A stretch of 19,616 nucleotides of DNA from a candidate division WOR-3 bacterium (GTDB taxonomy: Bacteria > Hydrothermota > Hydrothermia > LBFQ01): contig JBDRWW010000016.1 of the NCBI GenBank assembly GCA_039802605.1, positions 1 through 19,616 on the forward strand, written 5' to 3'. Below, one piece after another: positions 8,296-16,498 of this stretch (position 1 is its first letter; the number at the start of each line of letters is the position of its first letter). Below the pieces are notes generated by a model. It was given only the letters and a program-made list of their open reading frames with translations. It did not search any database and had not been told where the DNA came from. The position numbers and the translations under genes were made by a program.

Positions 8296-9760
8296 GGGAT
8301 TTTTACGGGTTTTATGGATTATCTTTATCCTTTTGGTATTTGGGGGTTTTGGATACGACAAAAGGGTTAATCCTACGGTTTTAATAGACAAATCGTACAG
8401 TTCAAGGGTTGTCTTTGGCGATAATTTGGATAAGTATGGGAGTTTTTTTAAGGAGAAGGGATTTAAGGTCATAACATTTGGTTCGGATACCATAAGCGAT
8501 ATAGGTGGGGCAATAAAAGGGGCGGAGTGTCCTTGTATATTAATAAGCGATGGTATAAACAACTCCCAAAACGACCCGGTTGCCTCTTCGTTAAACAAGG
8601 GTGTTTTTGTAATAATACCGCCATCAAAGGAATTGAAACCATTTATAAGCGGGGTTTATATGAGGACACCCCCAACGGTTGGGGGTTCTGAGAATTTAAG
8701 GGTGGAATTCTCGGGTTGTTTAAATGATACGGTTTATTTGAGATTTAAGGGTAGCGTTTATAAAAGGTTTGCATGCGAAAGCGCCGAGTTTTCTTTAAGC
8801 GACTTTTCCGAAAAGGATAGCATAACTATAAAAACGGATAACGACAGTTTAAGGTTTTTTACCTTCGGTATTAAATCCGGGAAAACCGCCTTCTTGGTTT
8901 GGAAACCCTTACCTTTTGTTAGATTTTTAAGGGGTAAATTCCCCGATGCGGAGGTTATACTGAAAAGGGATAATAGCATTGAAGGGGATTACAACCTTAT
9001 GATACTCGTATCCCCACCCGATTTTAATCCAAACCTTCCCTCCATCGTTGTTGTCGGGGATAATACAAGGGGTTTTAGAAAGGTAAAGGGGAGGTTTTTC
9101 ATAAGGGGTGATGTGCCACCTTTAAGCGAAATATATGTCCCTTCTTTCAAACTTGATAGGGTTTATGAGATGGTTGGGGATTACCCTTTAATAGGTTTCA
9201 AGGGAAAAAGCCTTTTAATCCTTTCGCCCGACCTTTGGAAGGTTTGGCTGGCGGATAGATCCTTTTTTAGCCGCTTTTCAAACTACATAGATGAAAATTT
9301 AAAGGTTTTGGTTGATGTTTGGGCGGATAGACCCGTATATTTTTACGGTGAGGTTGCCAAGGTTTTTATTTCCGGTTATGGGATTGACAAACTTTCAATA
9401 AACGGCAAAAGTGTTGGTTTTGACGGTCTATACACTTATAGTTTTGAGATTAAGGATACGGGAAGGGTGGATGTTGATATAGGGTTTTATAAGGGCAAAG
9501 AGATGATGTTTAAAAGGAGGGTTTCCTTTTACGCCTTAGGGTATCCAGTTGAGAAGAGGAGGTTGGGGGTTGATACTGCCCTTTTAAAAACCATAGCCGA
9601 GGTTTCGGGTGGGAAGGTTTTATGGGATACATCCCAGATAGGGGATATAAAGGTCTTTACAAAGAGGAGGAGCATTTACGATTACCCCTTTTTGTTCCTA
9701 TTGTTTTCCCTTTTAATGCTTGCCGAATGGGGAATAAGGAGGTATAAGGGTAAGGTATGA
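8288..9760 (+). CDS. Membrane-anchored protein with a reduced vWA-like domain; N- and C-terminal TM helices
   Basis: N-terminal hydrophobic helix; MIDAS-like 'VLIDKSYS' and 'ILISDGINN'; C-terminal 'LLKTIAEVSGG' and TM 'LFLLFSLLMLAEWGIRR'. Confidence 0.7.
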   Translation: MIEGFLRVLWIIFILLVFGGFGYDKRVNPTVLIDKSYSSRVVFGDNLDKYGSFFKEKGFKVITFGSDTISDIGGAIKGAECPCILISDGINNSQNDPVASSLNKGVFVIIPPSKELKPFISGVYMRTPPTVGGSENLRVEFSGCLNDTVYLRFKGSVYKRFACESAEFSLSDFSEKDSITIKTDNDSLRFFTFGIKSGKTAFLVWKPLPFVRFLRGKFPDAEVILKRDNSIEGDYNLMILVSPPDFNPNLPSIVVVGDNTRGFRKVKGRFFIRGDVPPLSEIYVPSFKLDRVYEMVGDYPLIGFKGKSLLILSPDLWKVWLADRSFFSRFSNYIDENLKVLVDVWADRPVYFYGEVAKVFISGYGIDKLSINGKSVGFDGLYTYSFEIKDTGRVDVDIGFYKGKEMMFKRRVSFYALGYPVEKRRLGVDTALLKTIAEVSGGKVLWDTSQIGDIKVFTKRRSIYDYPFLFLLFSLLMLAEWGIRRYKGKV

Positions 9761-10860
9761 GGAGGGTTTTGGCATTTGTCCCATTGGGTCCCCCCTATGC
9801 CGGTCCCGAAGTTTCAAACTCTATACTTTTAAGCGGAAGCCCTTATGAACTCTTGATTATAAACACATCCTTTCAAAAGAGCAATTCGGATAAAGGGAAA
9901 ATTACACCCAGGGCATTGACAAGCTGGACCGGTAATATTGCAAAGCTCTTAATAAGCGCCATTAGGTTTAGGCCGGATGTCTTTTATTACAATATAAGCG
10001 CCACAACCCTAGGGGCTTTAAAGGATTTTGTCGTTATAAGTTTGATTAAACCCTTCGTGGGAATAGTTGTGGTTCATATGAGGGGTGGGCATTTTGGGAG
10101 GTTTTACAAAGGTTCAAACCCAATATTGAAGGTTTTAATAAGGTGGTATTTGGTTAAATGCGATAGGGTTATAGTTCAATCGGAGGGTTTAAAGGAGCAG
10201 TTTAAAGGCTTGATCCCCGAAAAGAGGTTGTATGTGGTTCCCAATCCCGCAAAGAGGGAATTCTTTGAGATAAAACCTAACATCGGCGGTAGGGTGATAC
10301 TTTTCGTTGGGCATTTATCAAAGGCGAAGGGTTGGACCGATCTTTTAAGGGTTTTACCTGAAATTTTTAAAGAATTTCCGGATGCAAGGGTTATAGCGGT
10401 TGGGAGTAAAATAAAGGATGAAACGAATATAAAGTGGGTTGGGGGAGAGGATGTTGATGCGATTTTTGATGAGTTTATAGTAAAAAACGGTTTTAATGAA
10501 AGGTTTGAGTTTTACGAAAACATAACGGGCAGGGAAAAGTTTGAGGTTTTTAAAAAGGCTTCAATATTTGTTTTGCCCTCGTATTCCGAAGGCTTCCCCA
10601 TGGCGGTTTTGGAGGCAATGGCATCGGCTTTGCCCGTAATATCAACAAATGTTGGGGCCATTCCTGAATTTTTACCATCTGAAAATTTTATAATTGAACC
10701 GGGTGATTTAAAGGGTTTAGAAAGGGCTTTAAGGGAACTTTTGGGTAATGAAGGTTTGAGGAAAAAGTTATCGGAAATAAATAGAAAAAGGGCTTGGGAT
10801 TTTGAGGAAGAAAGGGTTAGGAAAACCTTCTGGGAGGTTGTGGGAAATCCCGAGGTTTAA
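9757..10860 (+). CDS. Glycosyltransferase family 4 (GT-B fold)
   Basis: 'ILFVGHLSKAKG' and the E-x7-E motif in 'FVLPSYSEGFPMAVLEAMASALPVISTNVG'. Confidence 0.93.
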   Translation: MRRVLAFVPLGPPYAGPEVSNSILLSGSPYELLIINTSFQKSNSDKGKITPRALTSWTGNIAKLLISAIRFRPDVFYYNISATTLGALKDFVVISLIKPFVGIVVVHMRGGHFGRFYKGSNPILKVLIRWYLVKCDRVIVQSEGLKEQFKGLIPEKRLYVVPNPAKREFFEIKPNIGGRVILFVGHLSKAKGWTDLLRVLPEIFKEFPDARVIAVGSKIKDETNIKWVGGEDVDAIFDEFIVKNGFNERFEFYENITGREKFEVFKKASIFVLPSYSEGFPMAVLEAMASALPVISTNVGAIPEFLPSENFIIEPGDLKGLERALRELLGNEGLRKKLSEINRKRAWDFEEERVRKTFWEVVGNPEV

Positions 10861-11312
10861 AAAAGGGGCAAAAATTTGTTTGCCACAAACACAATTAAGG
10901 CTGTATATATCCCCGCAACCACATCATCCATAACCACACCCCATCCCCCCTTTAAACTTTCAAGATTTCTGGCGGGAAAAGGCTTTAAAAAATCCAAAAT
11001 TCTATAAATCACAAAGGCTAAAACGATGATATAAACCTTTGGCTTAAACCAGACCAAGGAGATGTAAAAACCTATAACCTCGTCTATTACAACTTCTTTT
11101 GGGTCCTTTTGCTTCAAGTATTCACACATATAATCCGACGATAAAACGGCAAGGGAAAAAAGCATTACCCCAACAATAGAGGAAACAAATGGGTTTCCGT
11201 GTGCCGCTATCGCAAAGGGTATTGCCAGCAAACTCCCAAAAGTTGCCGGGACAAATGGAATTTTACCCGTGTAAAAGCCCGTTGCTATTAACTCAAATAT
11301 TTTCCCCACCAA
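10857..11312 (-). CDS. pgpA: Phosphatidylglycerophosphatase A
   Basis: 'ATGFYTGKIP..PATFGS', 'DPKEVVIDEVIG', 'RILDFLKPFP' and 'GGWGVVMDDVVAG'. The start is TTG 11312 or GTG 11309. Confidence 0.95.
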   Translation of the reverse strand: MVGKIFELIATGFYTGKIPFVPATFGSLLAIPFAIAAHGNPFVSSIVGVMLFSLAVLSSDYMCEYLKQKDPKEVVIDEVIGFYISLVWFKPKVYIIVLAFVIYRILDFLKPFPARNLESLKGGWGVVMDDVVAGIYTALIVFVANKFLPLF

Positions 11313-13234
11313 TCCAGGTATCTCCTAAGCCTATCAACCCTCAAATCCGGTGGCCCGCTCCTTGAAAGCCCATGACTCGTTTCCGCCGGGTATCTAACAA
11401 AAACCACCTCTTTTCCGAGAACCTTTAAAGCTTTAAAGAGTTGTTCCGCTTCGGAAATGGGGCACCTATAATCTCCCTCACTGTGTATTATAAGCAATGG
11501 GGTTTTGACATTTTTAACCAACCTTAAAGGGGATCTCTCCCAAAGTTTTTCTATCCTATCCCAGAAATCACCCTCCCAGTACTGGTCGGGTGAAAAGGGG
11601 AAATCGGCTGTCCCCATCATTGAAACGAGATTTACAACGCTCCTATCCGTAATCGCCGCCTTAAATATATCCGTATTACCTATGACCCAATTCGTCATAT
11701 ATCCCCCATAGCTCCCACCCGTTATACCCATTCTATTTTCATCAACATAAGGGAGTTTCTTCACAAAATTTGCAACGCCCATTACATCCTTAAAATCAAG
11801 ATTACCCCAGTCTCCCTTTATAGCCCTTGCGAATTCCTCCCCGTATCCCTTACTACCCCTCGGATTTGAATACACCAGAACATAACCGTTCGCGGCCGTT
11901 AGTTGGAATTCGTGGAAGAATACATTACCATAAGCGGCATGTGGCCCCCCGTGTATATAAAGGATTGCTGGGTACTCCTTATCCGGATTAAAATCGGGTG
12001 GCTTTAAAATCCAAGTTTGAACCCTTACCCCTTCCGATTCAACCCATACCTCTTCTGGTTCGGATAATTCCACCCGTTTTATCCAATCGTTAAAATCCGA
12101 AACCCTTTTAACCTCACCGTTAAAAACCCAGAGTTCGGTGGGCAATGTTGGGGTACTTGCCGAAAAAACAAAGAATTCCCCGTTTGTATCAAAGGATGTT
12201 ATTCCACCCTTGAACTCGAAAACCCTTTCCCAATTCCCGTTAAAATCCACCGTATATATCGTCGCGTTACCCATTTCGGTAAGTATGAAGTAAAACCGCC
12301 CATTTCTATACCTCAAACCCCCTCCCTCTCCAAACTCTCCCGTGTCGCTTAAAAGGTAATAACCTATGCTGTTATCAAGGGTTTTTGTAAGATTTCTAAC
12401 ATCTTTACCCATTTCAAAAACCCACAGATGTACATTTCTCGTCCCCCAACCATCCTTTGGATCATCGTGTCCAAGAAAAGCCAAGGTATTTTCGGAAATA
12501 AATATTAAATCCCCTTTGGGCCCGTCTAAGGGTGTAATATCCGAGATTTCTCCACTTTCCAAATCGTAGAGTTTTATATATGTTTTGTTTTCCCAATCCT
12601 CCGGGTTTGACGATAGGAAGGCCAAAAACTTGCCATCCGGGGAGAATGTTGGGGAAGAATTCCAAAGGGCACTATCGGTTTTTATTTCCCTCTTCTCGTT
12701 TTTTTCCAAATCCCACACAAAAATCTTGGGCCTTTTATCCAAGAAATAACCAAACCCATCAAGTTTGTAATACTGCGTGGTTATCTCCATGGGTGGGGTT
12801 GAAAGGTTTTTCTCCTTTCTAAACTTGACATTCTCCTTCTTTAAATGCTCCAACTTTTCAATAAACACAATCGCCAACCTCTTACCATCCGGAGATATGG
12901 AGTAATCAAGTATTGAACCTTCGGGGAAATCCGTAATTCTTTCGGCCTCACCCCCATCCCTCCTTAAAAAGTATATCTGTGAAGTCTCATCCCTGTTCGA
13001 TACAAAGAATATACCCTTTCCCTCCGGATGCCATTTTGGTTTTGTATCGGACGAATCGGCAAATGTTAGCCTGCGAATCTCCCCTTCCTTTATCCGGTAT
13101 AGGTATATGTTTGTGAAATACTTATTTTTTTCCCTGTCAATCCTCTTTACCGTAAATACCGCCTCATCGTTAAACAATTCAACCGATGAAACCGTTCTTA
13201 TGCCAAATAAATCCTCTACGGATATACGCCTCAT
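11288..13234 (-). CDS. S9 family (prolyl oligopeptidase / acylaminoacyl-peptidase) serine peptidase with N-terminal beta-propeller
   Basis: 'IHGGPH', 'NPRGSKGYG', nucleophile 'GGSYGG', Asp in 'SEGDYRC' and His in 'ETSHGL'; PD40-like 'SPDGK' repeats. I moved the start from 13294 to ATG 13234 (MRRISVEDL), a typical family N-terminus that also avoids overlap with the divergent ORF. Confidence 0.93.
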   Translation of the reverse strand: MRRISVEDLFGIRTVSSVELFNDEAVFTVKRIDREKNKYFTNIYLYRIKEGEIRRLTFADSSDTKPKWHPEGKGIFFVSNRDETSQIYFLRRDGGEAERITDFPEGSILDYSISPDGKRLAIVFIEKLEHLKKENVKFRKEKNLSTPPMEITTQYYKLDGFGYFLDKRPKIFVWDLEKNEKREIKTDSALWNSSPTFSPDGKFLAFLSSNPEDWENKTYIKLYDLESGEISDITPLDGPKGDLIFISENTLAFLGHDDPKDGWGTRNVHLWVFEMGKDVRNLTKTLDNSIGYYLLSDTGEFGEGGGLRYRNGRFYFILTEMGNATIYTVDFNGNWERVFEFKGGITSFDTNGEFFVFSASTPTLPTELWVFNGEVKRVSDFNDWIKRVELSEPEEVWVESEGVRVQTWILKPPDFNPDKEYPAILYIHGGPHAAYGNVFFHEFQLTAANGYVLVYSNPRGSKGYGEEFARAIKGDWGNLDFKDVMGVANFVKKLPYVDENRMGITGGSYGGYMTNWVIGNTDIFKAAITDRSVVNLVSMMGTADFPFSPDQYWEGDFWDRIEKLWERSPLRLVKNVKTPLLIIHSEGDYRCPISEAEQLFKALKVLGKEVVFVRYPAETSHGLSRSGPPDLRVDRLRRYLDWWGKYLS

Positions 13235-13242
13235 AAAGCGCA

Positions 13243-13249
13243 TATAATA
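13243..13249. promoter_or_regulatory. Overlapping -10 boxes on both strands (TATAAT on +, TATTAT on -); putative bidirectional promoter
   Basis: + strand TATAAT at 13243-13248 followed by ACC; - strand TATTAT at 13249-13244, 9 nt before ATG 13234, with TTTACA 16 nt further upstream. Confidence 0.5.
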
Positions 13250-13297
13250 CCGTTGTTTTGTTTTTTGTAAAGATAAACGTCGTAAACCTTTCACCCT

Positions 13298-13320
13298 TAG
13301 AATATCCTACAAAAGGAGGT
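13298..13320 (+). promoter_or_regulatory. Putative -10 box (TAGAAT) and strong Shine-Dalgarno (AGGAGGT) for korB
   Basis: TAGAAT at 13298-13303; AGGAGGT at 13314-13320, 6 nt before ATG 13327. Confidence 0.7.
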
Positions 13321-13326
13321 AAAGTT

Positions 13327-14214
13327 ATGGCAACGGCACCTGTAAAGAGAACATTAAAGGATTACGATAGCCACAAACCCACTTGGTGTCCGGGTTGTGG
13401 CGATTATGCGGTTTTGTTGGCCTTAAAAAAGGCCCTTTTGAACTTAAACCTTGACCCATCCGAAGTTGTTGTGGTTTCCGGAATAGGCTGTAGCGGGAAA
13501 ATAAGCGATTATATTAAGGCTTACGGTTATCACGGAATACACGGAAGGGTATTGCCCACGGCAACGGCCGTTAAACTCGCAAACCCAAAATTAACCGTCA
13601 TAGCTGCGGGTGGAGATGGAGACGGTTATGCCATAGGTGGAAACCATTTTTTGCATGTTTGTAGGAGAAACCCCGATATAACATACATAGTTATGGATAA
13701 TATGATCTATGGGCTAACAAAGGGACAAACATCTCCGACATCTTTAAGAGGTTTCAAAACGGGTACCACACCTTATGGGGCGGTAGAAGGGAATATTGAA
13801 CCCGTATATATAGCATTGGTTATGGGGGCAACATTTGTGGCCAGAGGGTTTTCCGGAGATCCCAAGACCTTGGAAAAGATATTCACGGAGGCGATAAAGC
13901 ATAAGGGGTTTTCCTTTGTTGATGTTTATTCCCCCTGCGTTACCTTCAACAGGTTTAATACATACGATTGGTTTAAGGCAAACTCCGTAACGATTGAAGG
14001 ACCCTTACCCACAAGGGCGGAGGCCGTTTCAAAGGTTATGGAGGTTTGGGAGGCCGGGAAAGTACCCCTTGGGATATTCTATAAAGAGGAGGGGAATCCC
14101 TCTTATGATGAACAGTTGGTTAGGGATATAAACCTGGCGCCGGCGGTTCAGGATATAACCGATAAGGTTTGGAAGGAAAAGGTTAGGAGGATAATAGAGG
14201 AAAACTTCATATAA
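13327..14214 (+). CDS. korB: 2-oxoacid:ferredoxin oxidoreductase beta subunit (TPP-binding)
   Basis: 'TWCPGCGD', 'SGIGCS', 'HGR', TPP motif 'GGDGD...MDN', 'YGLTKGQTSPT' and 'SPCVTFN'. Start placed at ATG 13327 after the SD. Substrate specificity cannot be determined from sequence alone. Confidence 0.92.
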   Translation: MATAPVKRTLKDYDSHKPTWCPGCGDYAVLLALKKALLNLNLDPSEVVVVSGIGCSGKISDYIKAYGYHGIHGRVLPTATAVKLANPKLTVIAAGGDGDGYAIGGNHFLHVCRRNPDITYIVMDNMIYGLTKGQTSPTSLRGFKTGTTPYGAVEGNIEPVYIALVMGATFVARGFSGDPKTLEKIFTEAIKHKGFSFVDVYSPCVTFNRFNTYDWFKANSVTIEGPLPTRAEAVSKVMEVWEAGKVPLGIFYKEEGNPSYDEQLVRDINLAPAVQDITDKVWKEKVRRIIEENFI

Positions 14215-14221
14215 TAACGGG

Positions 14222-15031
14222 ATGGGGAAGGTTTTTAGGATTTTCGCGATCTTTGGGGTTTTCCTTTTTGTTTTGTTCCCCTTTTATTGGATGTTTATAA
14301 CATCCCTAAAAACCCAAGCGGAAGCAATACTCTTCCCACCGACGCTTTTTCCAAAAGAGATAACTTTTGAAGGTTATAAACTCGCCCTAACAAAACTCCA
14401 ATTGGGAACGAGTATCCTAATCACCCTTGGTATGATATTATTCATCACCCTTGGCGAATTGATAACATCTATTTTTGCCGCTTACGCCTTTTCCTGGTTG
14501 CAGTTTAGGGGAAGGGAGATTTTGTTTTCCTTTTTGCTTTTAATGGCCTCTATACCAATGCCGGTTTATATCCTCCAACTCTTTATAGTGGTTCAAAGGT
14601 TGGGAATGGTGGATACATTTGCGGGATTAGTTGTCCCGTGGATGGCAAACATTTATTCCATATTCCTTTTAAGGCAGGCCTTCCGAAATATACCAAGGGA
14701 TTTAAGGGATGCGGTTTATATTGACGGTGGTGGGGATTTAACATTTCTCTTCAAGGTCGCAATTCCAATAGTTAAACCCGTAATTATTACGATAGCCATT
14801 TTTAGCGTTGTTTATACTTGGAATTCGTTTTTGTGGCCTTTATTGGTTGTCTCCGATAAGGGTTTAAGGCCGATACAACTGGCAGTGGCTTATTTTGCGC
14901 AGGGTGAAACTACAAACTATCCCGCCCTTATGGCCGCATCCTTTTTGAGCAGCTTGCCCGCTTTACTGGTATTTGCAATATTTCAAAGGCAGATAACCGA
15001 AATGTACGCAAGGGGGGGCTTAAAGGATTGA
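14222..15031 (+). CDS. Carbohydrate ABC transporter permease (MalG/UgpE-like)
   Basis: 'PFYWMFITSLK', 'AAYAFS.LQFRGR', EAA-like loop 'IPRDLRDAVYIDG' and 'WNSFLWPL'; about 6 TM segments. Confidence 0.92.
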   Translation: MGKVFRIFAIFGVFLFVLFPFYWMFITSLKTQAEAILFPPTLFPKEITFEGYKLALTKLQLGTSILITLGMILFITLGELITSIFAAYAFSWLQFRGREILFSFLLLMASIPMPVYILQLFIVVQRLGMVDTFAGLVVPWMANIYSIFLLRQAFRNIPRDLRDAVYIDGGGDLTFLFKVAIPIVKPVIITIAIFSVVYTWNSFLWPLLVVSDKGLRPIQLAVAYFAQGETTNYPALMAASFLSSLPALLVFAIFQRQITEMYARGGLKD

Positions 15032-15672
15032 AGAGGATATTGCCCCGTGAAAAGGCTTTGCTATCGGGTATTAAATCTTTAAGCGACGACGAGTTGTTGG
15101 CCCTGATTTTATCAACGGGAACAAGGAGGAAAAATGTTTTTGAACTCTCAAAATCCTTAGTCGAAAATTTTACATTAAAGGAGCTTTCCGAAATGCCTAT
15201 AAAGGCCCTTTCAAATGTGGAAGGGATAGGAAAGGCAAAGGCTTTAAGGTTAGCCGCATCCTTTGAGTTGGGTAGGAGGGTTTATTTCAAAGAATACCAA
15301 CCCTTCGATAGAAAACACCTTTCAAATGTGTTTTATGAGATGTCCCATTCCCGTAAAGAGCAATTGGTTATTATTATGTATGACGGTGCGGGTTTTCATA
15401 TTAAAACCGAGTTAATAGCGGTTGGCAGTTTAAACTCCGTAATGGTTCATCCGAGGGAGATATTTGAACCAGTATTCAAATATGGGGCATCGCAGTTTAT
15501 AATGGCGCATAACCATCCCGACGGATCCACCCAACCATCCGGCGAAGATATAAGTTTAACGAACACCATAAGAGAACTCGCGGAGAAATTGGATATAACA
15601 CTCGTTGAGAGTTTTGTCGTGGGTAAGGGTAAGGCTTTCGGAATAATAAACGGCATTATTATGGAGGTTTAA
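15028..15672 (+). CDS. radC: RadC family JAB/MPN-domain protein
   Basis: 'PREK....G..SLSD.ELLALIL.TG', HhH 'EGIGKAKA', 'ELGRR', 'VHPREIF' and JAB motif 'AHNHPDG...PS.ED'. The TTG start overlaps the upstream TGA. Confidence 0.93.
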   Translation: MKRILPREKALLSGIKSLSDDELLALILSTGTRRKNVFELSKSLVENFTLKELSEMPIKALSNVEGIGKAKALRLAASFELGRRVYFKEYQPFDRKHLSNVFYEMSHSRKEQLVIIMYDGAGFHIKTELIAVGSLNSVMVHPREIFEPVFKYGASQFIMAHNHPDGSTQPSGEDISLTNTIRELAEKLDITLVESFVVGKGKAFGIINGIIMEV

Positions 15673-15673
15673 A

Positions 15674-16477
15674 GTGGGTAAGGCCCTTTTGACGAGGAAG
15701 GGGAATTTGGTATTCGGGGTTATAAATAGCACGGATGTGGTTGCTAAGGCAAGGGATATTCATAAAACATCACCAACGGCCACCGCTTTACTCGGCAGGG
15801 TTTTAACGGGTTCTATAATTTATAGTTTGATGATCAGGGGGACGCAACCCAAAAATATCACGGTTGAAATCGTATGTTCCGGCCCCGCAAAGCGTGTTAT
15901 AGCCCAGGTTAGGACGGACGGAAGGGTAAGGGGCTATATAGCAAATCCCAATGCGGATTTACCGGTAAGATCCGATAAAAAGTTGGATGTTGCAGGAATT
16001 GTGGAGGGAGGTATAATGAGGGTTATAAGGGAAGGGTATGTTAGTGAGGTTCCCCTAATCAGTGGTGAAATAGGCGAGGATTTCGCATACTTCTTATACC
16101 AGTCTGAGCAGAGGAGGAGTGCGGTGGGATTGGGGGTTTTAGTTGGGGAATACGGGCAGGTGGTTAGTGCGGGGGGTTTTATAATTGAGGTTTTGGCGGA
16201 TGCAACGGATAAAGAAATAAACAGTGTTGAAGAAAAGTTAAAGGGGTTTTCCGTAAGCAAATACCTTTCAATGGGGAGGGATTCAATTGACCTTTTGAAG
16301 TTTTTAGCGGGCGATGATGCCGAACCCATAGACGAGAGGGATTATGTATATGAGTGCTGGTGCGATTATGAGAGGCTTTTGGAAACCGTTTTGAACGATG
16401 AAAGTATTGAAGATAACACCGTAGCAACCTGCATATTTTGCAAAAAGGAATACATAATTAGGAAGCCCAAAAACTGA
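15674..16477 (+). CDS. hslO: Hsp33 redox-regulated chaperone
   Basis: 'SPTATALLGRVLT', 'G.VRGY', 'LISGEIGEDFAYFLYQSEQ', 'AGGFII' and C-terminal CxC...CxxC. GGAGG lies 6 nt upstream of the GTG. Confidence 0.93.
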   Translation: MGKALLTRKGNLVFGVINSTDVVAKARDIHKTSPTATALLGRVLTGSIIYSLMIRGTQPKNITVEIVCSGPAKRVIAQVRTDGRVRGYIANPNADLPVRSDKKLDVAGIVEGGIMRVIREGYVSEVPLISGEIGEDFAYFLYQSEQRRSAVGLGVLVGEYGQVVSAGGFIIEVLADATDKEINSVEEKLKGFSVSKYLSMGRDSIDLLKFLAGDDAEPIDERDYVYECWCDYERLLETVLNDESIEDNTVATCIFCKKEYIIRKPKN

Positions 16478-16484
16478 CCAAGCG

Positions 16485-16490
16485 TATAAT
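16485..16490 (+). promoter_or_regulatory. Putative -10 box (TATAAT) for a leaderless pruA/rocA transcript
   Basis: TATAAT-ACCCGCCT-ATG(16499); no SD. Confidence 0.7.
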
Positions 16491-16498
16491 ACCCGCCT

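Noticed and set aside
13235..13326. Track-predicted overlapping 5' extensions of the S9 peptidase (13294) and korB (13258)
   Set aside because: The extensions are not family-like and would overlap head-to-head; ATG 13234 and the SD-preceded ATG 13327 fit better.
15028..15672. radC as a marker of a mobile element or prophage
   Set aside because: It is the long HhH-containing chromosomal form, coupled to housekeeping genes, with no integrase, att site or obvious composition shift.
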